In this document: one piece after another, positions 34,773 to 46,256 of the stretch
Layout: every line of letters begins with the position of its first letter
Numbering within the stretch: the first letter of the stretch is position 1
From: Lepidodermella squamata
Lineage: Eukaryota; Animalia; Gastrotricha
DNA: 64,000 bases
Assembly: GCA_047495785.1 (NCBI GenBank)
Contig: JBLDXI010000007.1
Coordinates: forward strand, 2,046,001 to 2,110,000
Direction: 5' to 3'
The notes under the pieces: model-generated
What the model was told of the DNA's origin: nothing
Seen by the model: only the letters and a program-made list of their open reading frames with translations
Database searches by the model: none
Made by a program: the position numbers and the translations under genes

Positions 34773-36258
34773 ATGGCTAGCAAACTCTTCTTCGTGGTAG
34801 CCTTCGTTGCCTCTGCTGCTACTATTGCTTCAGGTTAGCGTGAACCCTCTGAACAAATTGACTTGACTTATTTCTCTACTATATATAACAGGCCAAATCA
34901 GTCAATTCTTTCCATACGAGAAAATCCCCTTCGCCTGCAAAGGCGCTGTGCCAGCGGTTGTCTGGGCCGATATTCCAATGCTTGAAATTTGTTACATACG
35001 CGCTAAAGGTTCCGAGCATATGGGCTTCTCGTACGACCAAGCTAAAAAAACCTGCTACGGTTACCCGGACTGCGCAGGGATTGGCGGACCCACTACCCTT
35101 CCGACTTACAGAATGATACAATCGACTGCAACTCAGGGTGAGAGTAGATTCTTGCCTTAATACAATAAAATCGACTACACCTAAGATTTATCTTGCCTTG
35201 GCCTTAATTTTTGCAGAGCAACTGCGTCGTATAGACTAAGTTCAAAATTGGTTTCTTCTTCTTCTTGTCAAGGGAAGTAGTATTAATCGTACCAATTTAA
35301 AACGTTATGTCAGGATTTCCGTCTTACGCACGCGTCCATTGTTCCATTTGGAACCCACCGTACCTTGGTCAACACCTATGAGCCGAAGCCCCACATAGGT
35401 GTTTGATAAGAAAGATTGCAGGCCCGTCGCTTGGATGTGGTCGCTTTCGGACTTGGGTCGTAGCACGAACAAGGCCATATTAACCTGTGCTCAAGAGTTA
35501 GGTAGCTTTAGCCTTTTACGCTCACAATATTCGATAAAAAAATCAATTTTCGGCTCAAATTTTCTATACCTATTATTCAAAGCCCGTCACTAGAATCATT
35601 TTCATCGTCAGCTTCAACGTTTTGGGCCACGTTATTCGGGGTAAACTTCTTCGAATTGGTCAAGATTCAGATCTAATTTGTAGGGTAACACAATTAGGCT
35701 CAACTCGTGCGAACCGTGATTACCTCGAAACAGGCTGCATATCGCATAGCTTTCTGCTAGTGTTTTTATTTTTATTTCTCTACTATAACAGACCCAGCAC
35801 TCTATCCATACGAGAAAATCATCTTCGCCTGTAAAGGCTCTGTACCAGCGGCTGTCTTGGCCGATACTCCATCGTTTGACAGTTGTTTCGCGCGCGCTAA
35901 AGCCTTCCTGTTTATGGGCTTCTCGTACGACCAAGCTAAAAAAACCTGCTACGCTTACCCGGACTGCGCAGGGAATGACGAACGTGCTCTCCTTCCGACG
36001 TACAGACTGATACAATCGACTGCAGCCCAGGGTGAGAGCAGATTCTTGCCTTACAAAAAAATCGACTACCCCTGCAGAAGCAGGATACCCGCAAAACACT
36101 GGTTCGATACTCCGTCGATAGATACTTGTAAGATGCACGCTCAGACTCAAGAGTATAATGCCTTCGCGTACGACCAAACCGACAAAATCTGCTATGCATA
36201 CTTTGATTGCACGAGGATGTCTGGACCTGCTACCATGCCGACCTACTTGAGGGCATAA
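34773..36258 (+). CDS. Secreted 4-Cys repeat family copies B/C: one signal exon (34773-34833) and two tandem body exons (34892-35160, truncated after one repeat; 35792-36258, two repeats)
   Basis: Signal MASKLFFVVAFVASAATIASG. Both body exons follow a near-identical acceptor (TTTCTCTACTAT..AACAG) and are phase-1 compatible. Body B stops at RFLP*. Confidence 0.75.
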
Positions 36259-36700
36259 TCGCGAAGCAAGATTGGTTCTGCTGAGGAGAGGAAGAGGAGA
36301 AGAGGAGATGCCAGCAAGTTGAGAATAATACTAGAAGGGTGCCTGAAAATCGTTCGAATAAATACTATTTTGACGGTCTCGTGTGTTTTTGCTGCAACTT
36401 TTTTTTCATGAGTAATAATAAATAAAATTTAACTAGGGTTGACCTATTGGATTCGCCGCTGTTGAATACATGAAACGTACCAGGACGCGGCGCCTCGATT
36501 TTTAATAAGGTCCAAAGGTTGTTGTGGCTAAAAATAACCTCATTAGCAGCGATCGTTATTTTTCTTCTGCGACCAGCAAAAAATCTCATTCATGAAAATC
36601 ACGAAAATCACGCAAAGATCGGTTTTTTGCAGTGGCCTGAAGATCTCGATCTTGAAGAAAACGGCGGGGTCGCGAAAAGATCGGATATTTTGTTCGAAGT

Positions 36701-37115
36701 GCACTTTCATACATAAATATGTATGACATTTTTAACTTTCATACATATTCTTTTTCATTAAATCGTGTTTTTTAGCCAAACTGTGATTAGGAATTGGGGT
36801 TAGGGGTTAGGTTTAGGTGCCAGGGTTCGGGTTCGGGTTAGGATTAGGTTTAGGGTTTGGTTAGGGTTCAGGGTTAAGGTTAGGGTTAAGGTAGTTCGAG
36901 TTTCGGGTTTTTCCGAAACTCGATTTTTGGGCCCTTGCGCTTCCCCAATAACCATTTTCATGCGGAAAAAATTGACTACGCTTTCGGAACACCGTTTTTC
37001 TTATACATAAACCGAGAACTTGTCATCTGGAATTTCCCTATTGTTTTCAGCTTGAATTTAATGAAAAAAAATACGTATGAAAGTTAATCTTGTCATACAT
37101 AAATATGTATGAAAT
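36701..37115. mobile_element. Inverted-repeat element (MITE-like) enclosing degenerate telomere-type repeats
   Basis: 36702-36762 is an inverted repeat of 37057-37113 (TTTCATACATA..TATGTATGAC..TTAACTTTCATAC..TTCATTAAA). 36796-36890 is about 15 degenerate TTAGGG units. Confidence 0.7.
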
Positions 37116-38339
37116 ATTAACTTTTAAATTGTATGAAAGTTGGCACCCTATTTCGTTTCAATTAGAAATTTTATTACCGATGGCAATTTTATTTTTTAAT
37201 AAAATAAAAAATTTGTCATCGAAAGTCGAAAGTAATTATTAAGCACATTTATGCTAAACACGCCACGTGATTTTTTTACGCAAACTCGGATAACGGGAGC
37301 TTCGAAGCCGCTGCGTCCTGGTACGTCTCATGATATTTTTCGCTCAATTGCCTATGAGCGACGTCAATAGAAACCTGTATTGGCACTAGTTTGAACATTT
37401 TAAACCAAACTGAGTGCATCTTGCTGGCACCCATCGAGTCGAATGGCATAAATTCCTGATTGAGTATACACATAAAGCATCCGACCGCGTGATTTGCGCG
37501 CTCACCTGTGTTACGTAATTAACGCGGCCGTTTTCGCAATTGAGGAGCTCGGAGGGCTATCTAAAACTGTGCCAAACTTTTAGTCCGGAAAATTCGGAAA
37601 GCATGAGAATTTAAGGAGAAAAGTCGCAGTTTGAGTATATACGTTCCTTGGCCTTGGAGAGTTAAATCTGCTCACAAATGTTATCTCGCTTTACTATGAA
37701 CTTTGACCCCAATCTGAATATTCACACCGAGCTGTCCGAAGCTTACCCCAGTTTTTCCGAAATTAGCCGAGTCAGTTACCAGTGGAAACCTGTGCAGGAT
37801 AACGTATATTTTTACGGTGATTAAAACTAGGATATGCAGTTTTCAATGCGCATCTTTTGGCGCAAAGCGCGTCAAAATAATTCGCTCTCACCTTAATAAA
37901 CGAAGCCGGAAAGCACGTTTTTGTCCGAAATAAAACTGTTACAGTATAGGACAAAATTTTACTATGCGCATTAAGGAATGTTTATTCTCTGTCAGCTGCC
38001 TTCCGCGGTATGATCAAAGCACTGAGGGTTTCGAGGTTTGATAGGCTATTGTATTTGCTTTCACAGTAGAAAATTCCTGCTAATATGCGTCAATTAAAAG
38101 TATCGACATTCTTCGCGGGAATATTACTTGAGCAAACTATAAGACCAGTTAAATAGTGTCCGAAATTACTCCGTCCGAAATAAGACCAGTCTGCGGTATA
38201 ACTTGAGCAAACTTTTGACTCGCGCCGCGCGCAAGCAGCTGATAGAAAATAGGAAGAAACTGAACGCCGACTTCGTGAGTTCATTTCATTTTTATTATAT
38301 CTTCATTCAGTTGAATATTTTTCTTTTTTTTCTCAACAA

Positions 38340-38948
38340 ATGGCTAGCAAGCTCTTTTTCGTGATAGCCTTCGTTGCGTCTGCTGCTGCTACTGCTGTTG
38401 CTTCGGGTTAGTGTTAAGCCTCTGATCATAAGGATTTGACTTATTTCTCTACTATAACAGGGGAAACCGATGACAGATTCTCGCCTTACATACAAATCAA
38501 CTACACCTGCTTTAGCCCTGAATCGCCAAGTGTCTGGACCAATACATCTATTGACGCTTGCAAGGAGCGCGCCCATCTCTACTCGTATGCGAGCTTCGCG
38601 TACGACCAAGCTACAAAAATCTGTTACGCTTACAGGGACTGCTTAGAGAAGAGCAGAACTGCTACCATTCCGACATACAGATGGATGCTAGCATATAAAA
38701 GCGGGGGTTTATTTGGGAATAGATTCGCGCCTTACACACTAATCGACTTCAAGTGCAGAAGCTCTGGACCGCCAATTGTCTGGGACTATATACCGATCAT
38801 GTATTGTAAGGGTCGCGCTCAAGACGAAAAATATTATGGCTTCGCGTACGACGAAGCTAAAAAAACCTGTTACTTGTACAAGAGCTGCGGGGCAAGTGCC
38901 GGACCTGCTACCCTGCCGACCTACCGGTGGGTCCTCCTAACAGAGTGA
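38340..38948 (+). CDS. Secreted 4-Cys repeat family copy D; exons 38340-38406, 38461-38948
   Basis: Signal MASKLFFVIAFVASAAATAVASG, phase-1 intron and two FAYD..K.CY.Y..C..ATxPTYRW repeats. Confidence 0.85.
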
Positions 38949-39377
38949 AGCTAGATTGGTTCTGCTGAGGAGAGGAAAAGGAGAGAAATGCCAGCAAATT
39001 AAGAATATTGCTTTGGTGGAGGGTCTAAATGCGTTCGAATAAACAAAAAATTCCGCATAAATACTTTTGGCCTCCGCGTTTTTCACTGCCCATTTGACCT
39101 TTTGACATTCAACTTTTTTATTCATTTGTTGATCATTATAAGTGAACTGAAGTTGACCGATTTGATTATCGCTGCTCTTGACTATCTAGGTTAAAAACGT
39201 GCTCTGGTAACGCGGTCACTTTTCTGGCACACCCCGCCCTTGTGGCGATCGACCCATTGTCTTATCACAGAGGGTGCAAAGTACAGCGAGATAACGCGAT
39301 GCGTCACCATTCCGTTTTTTCACGCACACATCCATCCCAATAATATTATCATACCACTTGAAGCTAATAATTTTACT

Positions 39378-40984
39378 ATGTTGAAAACAAACTGGTCAAA
39401 GACATTTGCCTGCTCTCCCTCGCAGTACTTGCAGCCGGAAAGCAAAGATGCAGTCGTTAAGGTGGATTTTTTTATTCATTTTTTTCATAATATCCCGCGT
39501 TTTTTTTCAAGATCGTCCAAGACGTGTGCCGAGCAAAGAAAAAGCTCAGAGTTGTCGGATCTGGCCATTCGCCCTCCGACTTATACTGTACCGATAGCGT
39601 CATGGTCAGCCTTAATAAGCTGAACAGAGTTATAAGCGTAGATCAGGACCGGTGGCTGGTCACAATGGAAGCCGGCATAACTATCGAAGATTTGAACTCG
39701 ATTCTATCAGAAAAATACAACCTAGCAATTTCGTCGCTTGGATCAATTTCAGAGCAGACAATAGGCGGTGCAATAGCCACTGCAACACATGGAACTGGCA
39801 AAAATTTCGGATCTTTTTCCTCGATGGTTTTTATTAATTTTGTTAACCTCGAAAATAGTGAAATTTGCTAAAATTTCAGATTGAGGAACTTGAAATTATT
39901 TGCCCTCACGATAGCCCGGAAAATGTGCAAATTCATCGGTGTTCGATGGACCATAACCAGGAGCTATTCCTCGCCGCCGTTTGTTCCCTCGGCTGCCTGG
40001 GCGTTATAACGCAAGTCACCCTTAAAGTCGAACCCCTGTTCCGACTCGCCTACATCGAAGAGCCTGGATCGATGCGGGAAACTATTAAAAACCTCGACCA
40101 AATCATCGATTCAGCCGACCATGTCCGGCTGTGTTGGTTCCCTAATACGGATAACGTGTCTATCATACGAAATTACCGGGTCAAATCAACCGCCGCGCCG
40201 ACTGAAAAAGCTGACCCTGATTTGTTATCTCGACTGAACAACTATTTCTGGGACAGAGTAATTGGCTTTTATCTACTCGAGTTTGTACTGCTTTTCGCGG
40301 TCTACTTCCCATTTATTGTCCCTTACGTGAATCAACTGTTTTTCACGTTGTTGTTCAGCAAAAGGAAAGTTAAGGAGGATATTTCCTACAAAGTATTCAA
40401 TTACGATTGCTTATTCAAGCAACACGTATCCGAATGGGCGATACCTAGGTAAAATTTGAAAAATTAGAAATATGTTTAAAATTAAATTATTTTAGGTCTA
40501 AAGCTGCCATTGCCTTGACAGAGTTGGAGAAAATTTGCTCGAGCCCAGGTGTGAGGGCTCATTTTCCAGTCGAAATTCGATTTATCGGGCCTGATGGTCC
40601 TGTCTATCTGTCACCTGCTTCTGGTTATCAAGAGGTCTGCTACATCAACATTTTGATGTTTCGACCTTACGGCATTGAACCTCCCTTACGAGAGGAATAT
40701 TGGCAAAAATACGAATCTATGATGTACTCTCTGGGTGGCCGGCCTCATTGGGCTAAAGTAATCGAAAAATTTGATTTAAATTCAAATAAATTTTTTAATT
40801 TTTGCAGTATTTCAAACTGACTCCGGATGAGCTTCGAAGCCTTTACCCGCATTGGGACAAATTTCTGGCGATTCGATCGAAAGTGGACCCTCTAGGACTT
40901 TTCGTCAACGAATGTATCGAACGACATGTCACTGGAAAGCCGGAAACCATCGATCAAAAATTATTCATCAAATACAAAATTTGA
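39378..40984 (+). CDS. GULO: L-gulono-1,4-lactone oxidase / ALO-family FAD oxidase; 5 exons (approx. 39378-39461, 39512-39826, 39880-40448, 40496-40757, 40808-40984)
   Basis: NWSKTFACSP, VVGSGHSPSD (covalent FAD His), TIGGAIATATHGTG, SLGCLGVITQVTL, EWAIP, HFPVEIRF and GGRPHWAK motifs, joined by four ~50-nt introns. Confidence 0.88.
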
Positions 40985-41815
40985 ACTCAAAAATGGATTT
41001 TTCATATATTTGGCGTTCGAAACATAGAGCAATAAAAATCTGTGCGATTTTGGCCTGTTTCTTCGATTTTCTATTTTTGGCAAACGCTTGTTAACCGTTT
41101 AAGCGGTATCAGATTTTCCATCTCCTTTATTTCGGGTTGTTTGTTTAGCCAACCCCAAGTATTTGGAGCCGATTTATGCCGCCGAAAAAGAGAAGCCGCG
41201 CAGTTAATAAAACAGCTAAATATACCGTATATCAATATTTACCCAACATTTGATATGTACCATATTACATGCGCGTGTGATAAAATCCATTGTAATGCCG
41301 AGCCCGAGCATGGCTGCTAATACCTTGACGATATGTCGCAGTCAATAACGAAATCCAGAGCTATATAAATTTCTGCTCCCTTATTTAATTTGTATCCATC
41401 GGGGTTAAATATTGTGTCGGCTAATAATTATTCAAGAGTAATCGAAGTAATATTTACTACCCGTCATACCCCAGTGAAGATTGAGCTGGCAAAAAATAAT
41501 TGATAGGATTGGCTCTCTATTAGCTGTATCGAAAGTTGGACAGCGTGCTAAACATTCATCGACAAGTGCAAAAATCTTGGAACGCGCTATATTAGCAAAA
41601 ACAGTATTTTTCCCAGTTATATTCATCGATTAAATCAGCCACGCTCTAGAAAATCCGCGCTCGGGGTGATTTTGCGGCTCTGCGTTATTATGATGCGGAT
41701 TATCCGGCGAAATTGAGGCTCGCAGGTGTTCAATTTTTAGCTACAACGACTAATTATTCGAATTTATTTACGGCATGGTTGCTTGACATCACCTCCTGAA
41801 AAACTGATTTTTTGT

Positions 41816-43387
41816 ATGGCCAGGCGAAGACGAGTGTTTTACTTTGCAATTTTCGCAACAGCAATTTCACTCCAGCTGTTCATCTACGTACAATACTCGA
41901 ATCGAACCGATACTGAAATCAGAAATCGCTACTTATCACACCGGCCAAAGCCAACAGCGCGTGACGCGTTCGAAAAATGCGTCCACCTTAATTATGGCGC
42001 GCAATCGTCGCGAGGTCGTGATTTTTTGAAATCACCCATCCTCATCGGAGGCGCTGATGTAGATGACGTCAAAGAGATCGACTGTGCTGTCGGGTGTTTC
42101 CACTACCCGTCTAGCGCCCTAACTTCACCCCAGCAGAGGCGTCACGCTTCAGCGAATTTTTCGCGTTTTTTCGTCACTAAATTCGACGCGTCATTTGTCG
42201 AGCTTCACTTACTCTCGGAGAAATTCAACCATGACCGGCAGATCAGAGGATTCTCCGTCATTCGATCTATGGAATCGCCGGCCTACTTCCCGAATACTGA
42301 GCTGAATTATGCGAAATCACTGGTTGATATTGTCATGACAACTCGCCTCGACAGCGACGTACCAGTGCCGTATTACTCTTGGGTTTTACACGATTTTATG
42401 AAACCTGTCCGGCCGAAATACGAGACGCTGTACCCACTCGCTACAGCTTTCATTTCAAATTGCCACGCGCAAAATTTTCGCCTGGAGGCGGCTCTTGATT
42501 TTCGTAGAATCGACGCAAATCTCGCTGATTTTTACGGCTCGTGTTTCTCAGAACCGAAAATCTACCCGAATAACGGCTCGAAGGAGGAAATAATCGGCCG
42601 ATACAAATTCCATTTCGCCTTTGAAAATTCGAATGAGTTGGATTACGTTACGGAAAAATTCTATCAAAGCCTGGTTGAAGGCACTGTCCCAATAGTGATA
42701 GGCGCTCCGAATATTCGCGACTATGAACCGAGTGAAAATTCGATAATTCACCTCAAATCACTGGACGAGGTCGATCAGGTCGCTCAAATCATGCGAGATT
42801 TAGCTGAAAATGACGAGGCATATTCGAACATGTTACTATGGAAGGAAAAAGGGCCGTCGAAAAAATTTCTAGCCCTAATCGATCTAGCTATTGTCCACTC
42901 AAGTTGCCGGCTTTGTATTCACGTTGCTGATCGGATTCGAAGCCAGGAATTGCAAAATGATAAATGCTATTGCTCAATTGACAAAGAGGCCGTGGGCCTG
43001 GAGAAAAACTTAATCTCGCCTGTGGCTGATCTTGTGAAATTTCACGTTCGTGAGCGAGGATTATTTCATTACTTGGAAATTTATTCTACAAAACCTCTGA
43101 ATAGTCTTAATATACTTTTTGAACTCATAATTGAATCTTTCAAATCATCGACCCCGGACGGCTATTGGCCAATATGGACGAGAGAGCGGGATGAAATTGG
43201 AAGGCGGCCTAGCTACCACGCTTATTACCGCCAGAATCCTCCCGCGCTGAAAATGTACCGTCTCTACGAAGTGGGAACAACACAACGCGCCGCGTTATAC
43301 GGCAACGGCGCTATTGATTCGGACGAAAAAGTTGTGAAATTATTTCAATCAAAAACCTGCCTGTACCTCGAAGTGATTTTTGTCTGA
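41816..43387 (+). CDS. GT10 core alpha-1,3-fucosyltransferase, plant FucTA-like, type II membrane protein, intronless
   Basis: N-terminal RRRR + TM segment; SMES..YF, MTT.LDSDVPV.Y.SW, AFISNC..NFRL, YKFHFAFENSN..DYVTEKF.QSLV.G.VP.V.GAPNI; C-terminal VHSSCRLCI, VRERG.F, TQRAALY, EVIFV*. Confidence 0.92.
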   Translation: MARRRRVFYFAIFATAISLQLFIYVQYSNRTDTEIRNRYLSHRPKPTARDAFEKCVHLNYGAQSSRGRDFLKSPILIGGADVDDVKEIDCAVGCFHYPSSALTSPQQRRHASANFSRFFVTKFDASFVELHLLSEKFNHDRQIRGFSVIRSMESPAYFPNTELNYAKSLVDIVMTTRLDSDVPVPYYSWVLHDFMKPVRPKYETLYPLATAFISNCHAQNFRLEAALDFRRIDANLADFYGSCFSEPKIYPNNGSKEEIIGRYKFHFAFENSNELDYVTEKFYQSLVEGTVPIVIGAPNIRDYEPSENSIIHLKSLDEVDQVAQIMRDLAENDEAYSNMLLWKEKGPSKKFLALIDLAIVHSSCRLCIHVADRIRSQELQNDKCYCSIDKEAVGLEKNLISPVADLVKFHVRERGLFHYLEIYSTKPLNSLNILFELIIESFKSSTPDGYWPIWTRERDEIGRRPSYHAYYRQNPPALKMYRLYEVGTTQRAALYGNGAIDSDEKVVKLFQSKTCLYLEVIFV

Positions 43388-43485
43388 AAAGAAGTGCAAT
43401 TAAATTTTTGAAATATTTTCAGTAATCATCTTTCAGCCTTGTATATTTATTGCTAATATAACTTAGAGAAAGCTGCGCCGCAATT

Positions 43486-45778
43486 TCATCGGTAATTTTG
43501 AGAAGATTTTTTCATCGGAGTTGATTGGCACGAGGAAGAATAGGACATTGATGAGTCATCGTCATTTAATCGGCTTGATAGCGAGCCTCTCGGAATGTGC
43601 TGGCGATTGTGTTGGGAGGGTGTAGTCACGGCTAGTTGAATCTCATTCGGCTGCTTGCCATTAACGACGATATCGGTCATGAAGCGAATGTACATGATCG
43701 CAAGGCGGAGAGTTTCGATGCGTGACAATTTTCCTGAAAAATAACGAATAATTTTCTAAAATCGTAAATTCTAAAAAAATCGTAAATCAGGCAAATATAT
43801 TTAGATTTTATTTTCCTTTAGAAACCCATGCCTTTCATCAAATTCGCGCTTTAAAATTTCAAATATTATTTTAAATATTTTTTAAGTTTAGCTGAAACTT
43901 ACGTTCGTAGGCAAAAGTTGGCACTCGAGACCGCAAGATGTTGAAGGATTCATTCAGATTCATCATTCGCTTCCTCTCCCTAACATTAGCCGCTCGACGC
44001 TGTTCCATGGTAGCTATACGCCGCCGGTGTTGCGAATGAGGCTTCGAGCTGTTTCTACCGCTACTCTCCGACTTATCATCATCATCATCAGCCAGCTCTG
44101 AATTCGCCAAACTAGCTGTAGCCGATTGAGTTGGTTTAGGCTTCGAATCCGGAGGGTTGGTTTTTGCTGATTTTGACCTAGGAGCTCGAGATGACACGAC
44201 ACCCCCTCCCCTCTTTCGGGTGGCCGCCGTCACGGTTGGCTGGTTTTTGACACCCTTCCCTTTGGTTGTAGGAAGATCCGATCTTACGCCCATCGCATTA
44301 CCAGTTGTTGTATCCGCAGCTGAACCCTACGAAAAAACTCGCGATATTTAATTTAATGTTTTTATTCCGAAAATTAGGTACCTGATAGAAATTCGTTGCG
44401 CCTGAGAAGTTTGGATATTGATAGCTCGGGTATTGATATTGGCCACCCTGGTCGTAGTAGTAATTAGGCGGCTGCAGATCGATGGCGCTTGGTGTCGGGT
44501 AATTGACGTTATTATACCCGGAGTAAGGCTGCTGATAGCCACTATAAGCATTAGGCGCCTGGTCGAACGTGAAGCCAAGCGGCGAGAGTGGCGACGGCGC
44601 CACGTGCGGCGTAGCCAAATTCGCCGACTGCACCTGTTGGTTGTAGTAGTAGTTGTAGTAGTATTGATAGTAACTTTGATCGTTCGGCGGTGGTGGCGGC
44701 GGCATCAAGGCGGGTGCTGAGCTTGATGCTGATGCATGCTGAGTTTGAGGAAGGGCGATATTGCCAGGTAATGGGCGGTGAGTTAGCCCGATGTGGGACA
44801 ACTGCGGCGGTAAGGCTTCGTCCTCCGACTCATCTTCATCTTCTTCGTCCTCGCTGCTTTCATCTTCACTGGCTAAATTGAACAAATCAAATGAAAATTT
44901 GAAAACAATTACGTTAAAAAGCTGCCAAAAATAGGACTAATAGTTGAACGAACCAAAGTTCGATATTCCATGCTCAAAATACAGCATGTCCCATAAGAAA
45001 ATGCACGGAAAAGGGTTCAGAAACAAACAATCAGAGACGAAGTCACATCTTGGACAGAAAATATTTTAAAAAATTAAAAAAATTAACGAGAATTTTATTT
45101 CACTTTTTAATGGGATTATAAATGTCCGGAGAAATTTACCGGGTTCAACCGGGTAAAATACCGAAATTTACTGAACCAGTAACCATGGGGTTTTCCGAGT
45201 TTTTCCGTAATTTTTTTTATTATTCGGCTAAATCGTAGATAAAAGATTGGATTTCTCTCGGTAGGTTTAATTTAGGAGAATAATTTGAATTTCTTAAAGT
45301 TGCGAAATAAAGAAAAAGCTGCGCAACTTTTGGGACACGCTGCAACTTAATTTTGAAATTGTTTGACATAATTTGAAAAAAAAATAATTCAATCAATTAT
45401 TTATGGTGATGCAAAAAGTGTTTCAGAACGATTGATATCAAAATTAATAAATTCAGCAATCATCTCACCGATTTTCTCGCATGCACCCGCATTTGGCAAA
45501 CTTGTTTCTCGAGCAGGTGATGCTTCAGCGGGTGGAGCAGGAACTGATGCAGCAACTGTTGCCGATGCCGGCGGCGGCGGCTGCGATGATGCCAGCAATA
45601 ACGGCTGGCGCTGGTCATCGCGCGGCCCGGCATCTGCCGGCGTGTGATTATTATTATGCTTACTTCCACTCGCCGCGGCAACAGGTTGAACGGTGACAGC
45701 CGTTGCCTGCTTGCTTTGATCTGCTTCAAGCCGCCGCGACAACACCATCTCGCCATCTTGCGCCAGAGTCATCGCCAT
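43486..45778 (-). CDS. FERD3L: Fer3/FERD3L (NATO3)-type bHLH transcription factor; exons ~45778-45487 (inferred), 44872-44381, 44326-43902, 43734-43486
   Basis: Spliced b[45 protein letters not shown]|[22 protein letters not shown] matches Fer3. The first exon is inferred from phase-1 compatibility only (alternative start at 44987). Confidence 0.85.
45125..45210 (+). repeat. Short dispersed repeat (second copy 46610-46690)
   Basis: AACCGGGTAAAATACCGAAA.TTAC..ACCAGT.ACCAT.GGGTTTTTCCG is present twice. Confidence 0.75.
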
Positions 45779-46256
45779 ATTTTTTGCTATTTTGCTCAGG
45801 TTTCACAGCACGAGGAAAGGAAAAATAATGCAAAACGCGGGCGCAGATTTTACCAGGAAAAATCGCGTCGCAACAGATGTTACCTCATATTTTTGTATAA
45901 TTATTATCATTTCCGGCTCATCCAGCTTAATTTGGGCCATGTCTCCCTCGTCGTTTTTATGAGGGTGCATTTGCATTTTTTTCGTCGAAAAAGTAGGTCG
46001 TAAATAGGAATAATCTATGCGTAATAAATTTAACGACGCCTCACCAGACTTGCTCGTTCGTATAGACTTTCGAATACCTAACATGCAGATGAATGATGAA
46101 TGTACCTTTGGCGCGATTAATAGGTATGAATAAATAGGTATATTATATTTAAGAGTATTAAATATTAAGAAGGATTCCATTTTTTAATAAAAAATCTTAA
46201 TTGTTCCGGATATTTCAGCTTTATTTTGCAATGACATAGAAAAATATTGTTAAAAA

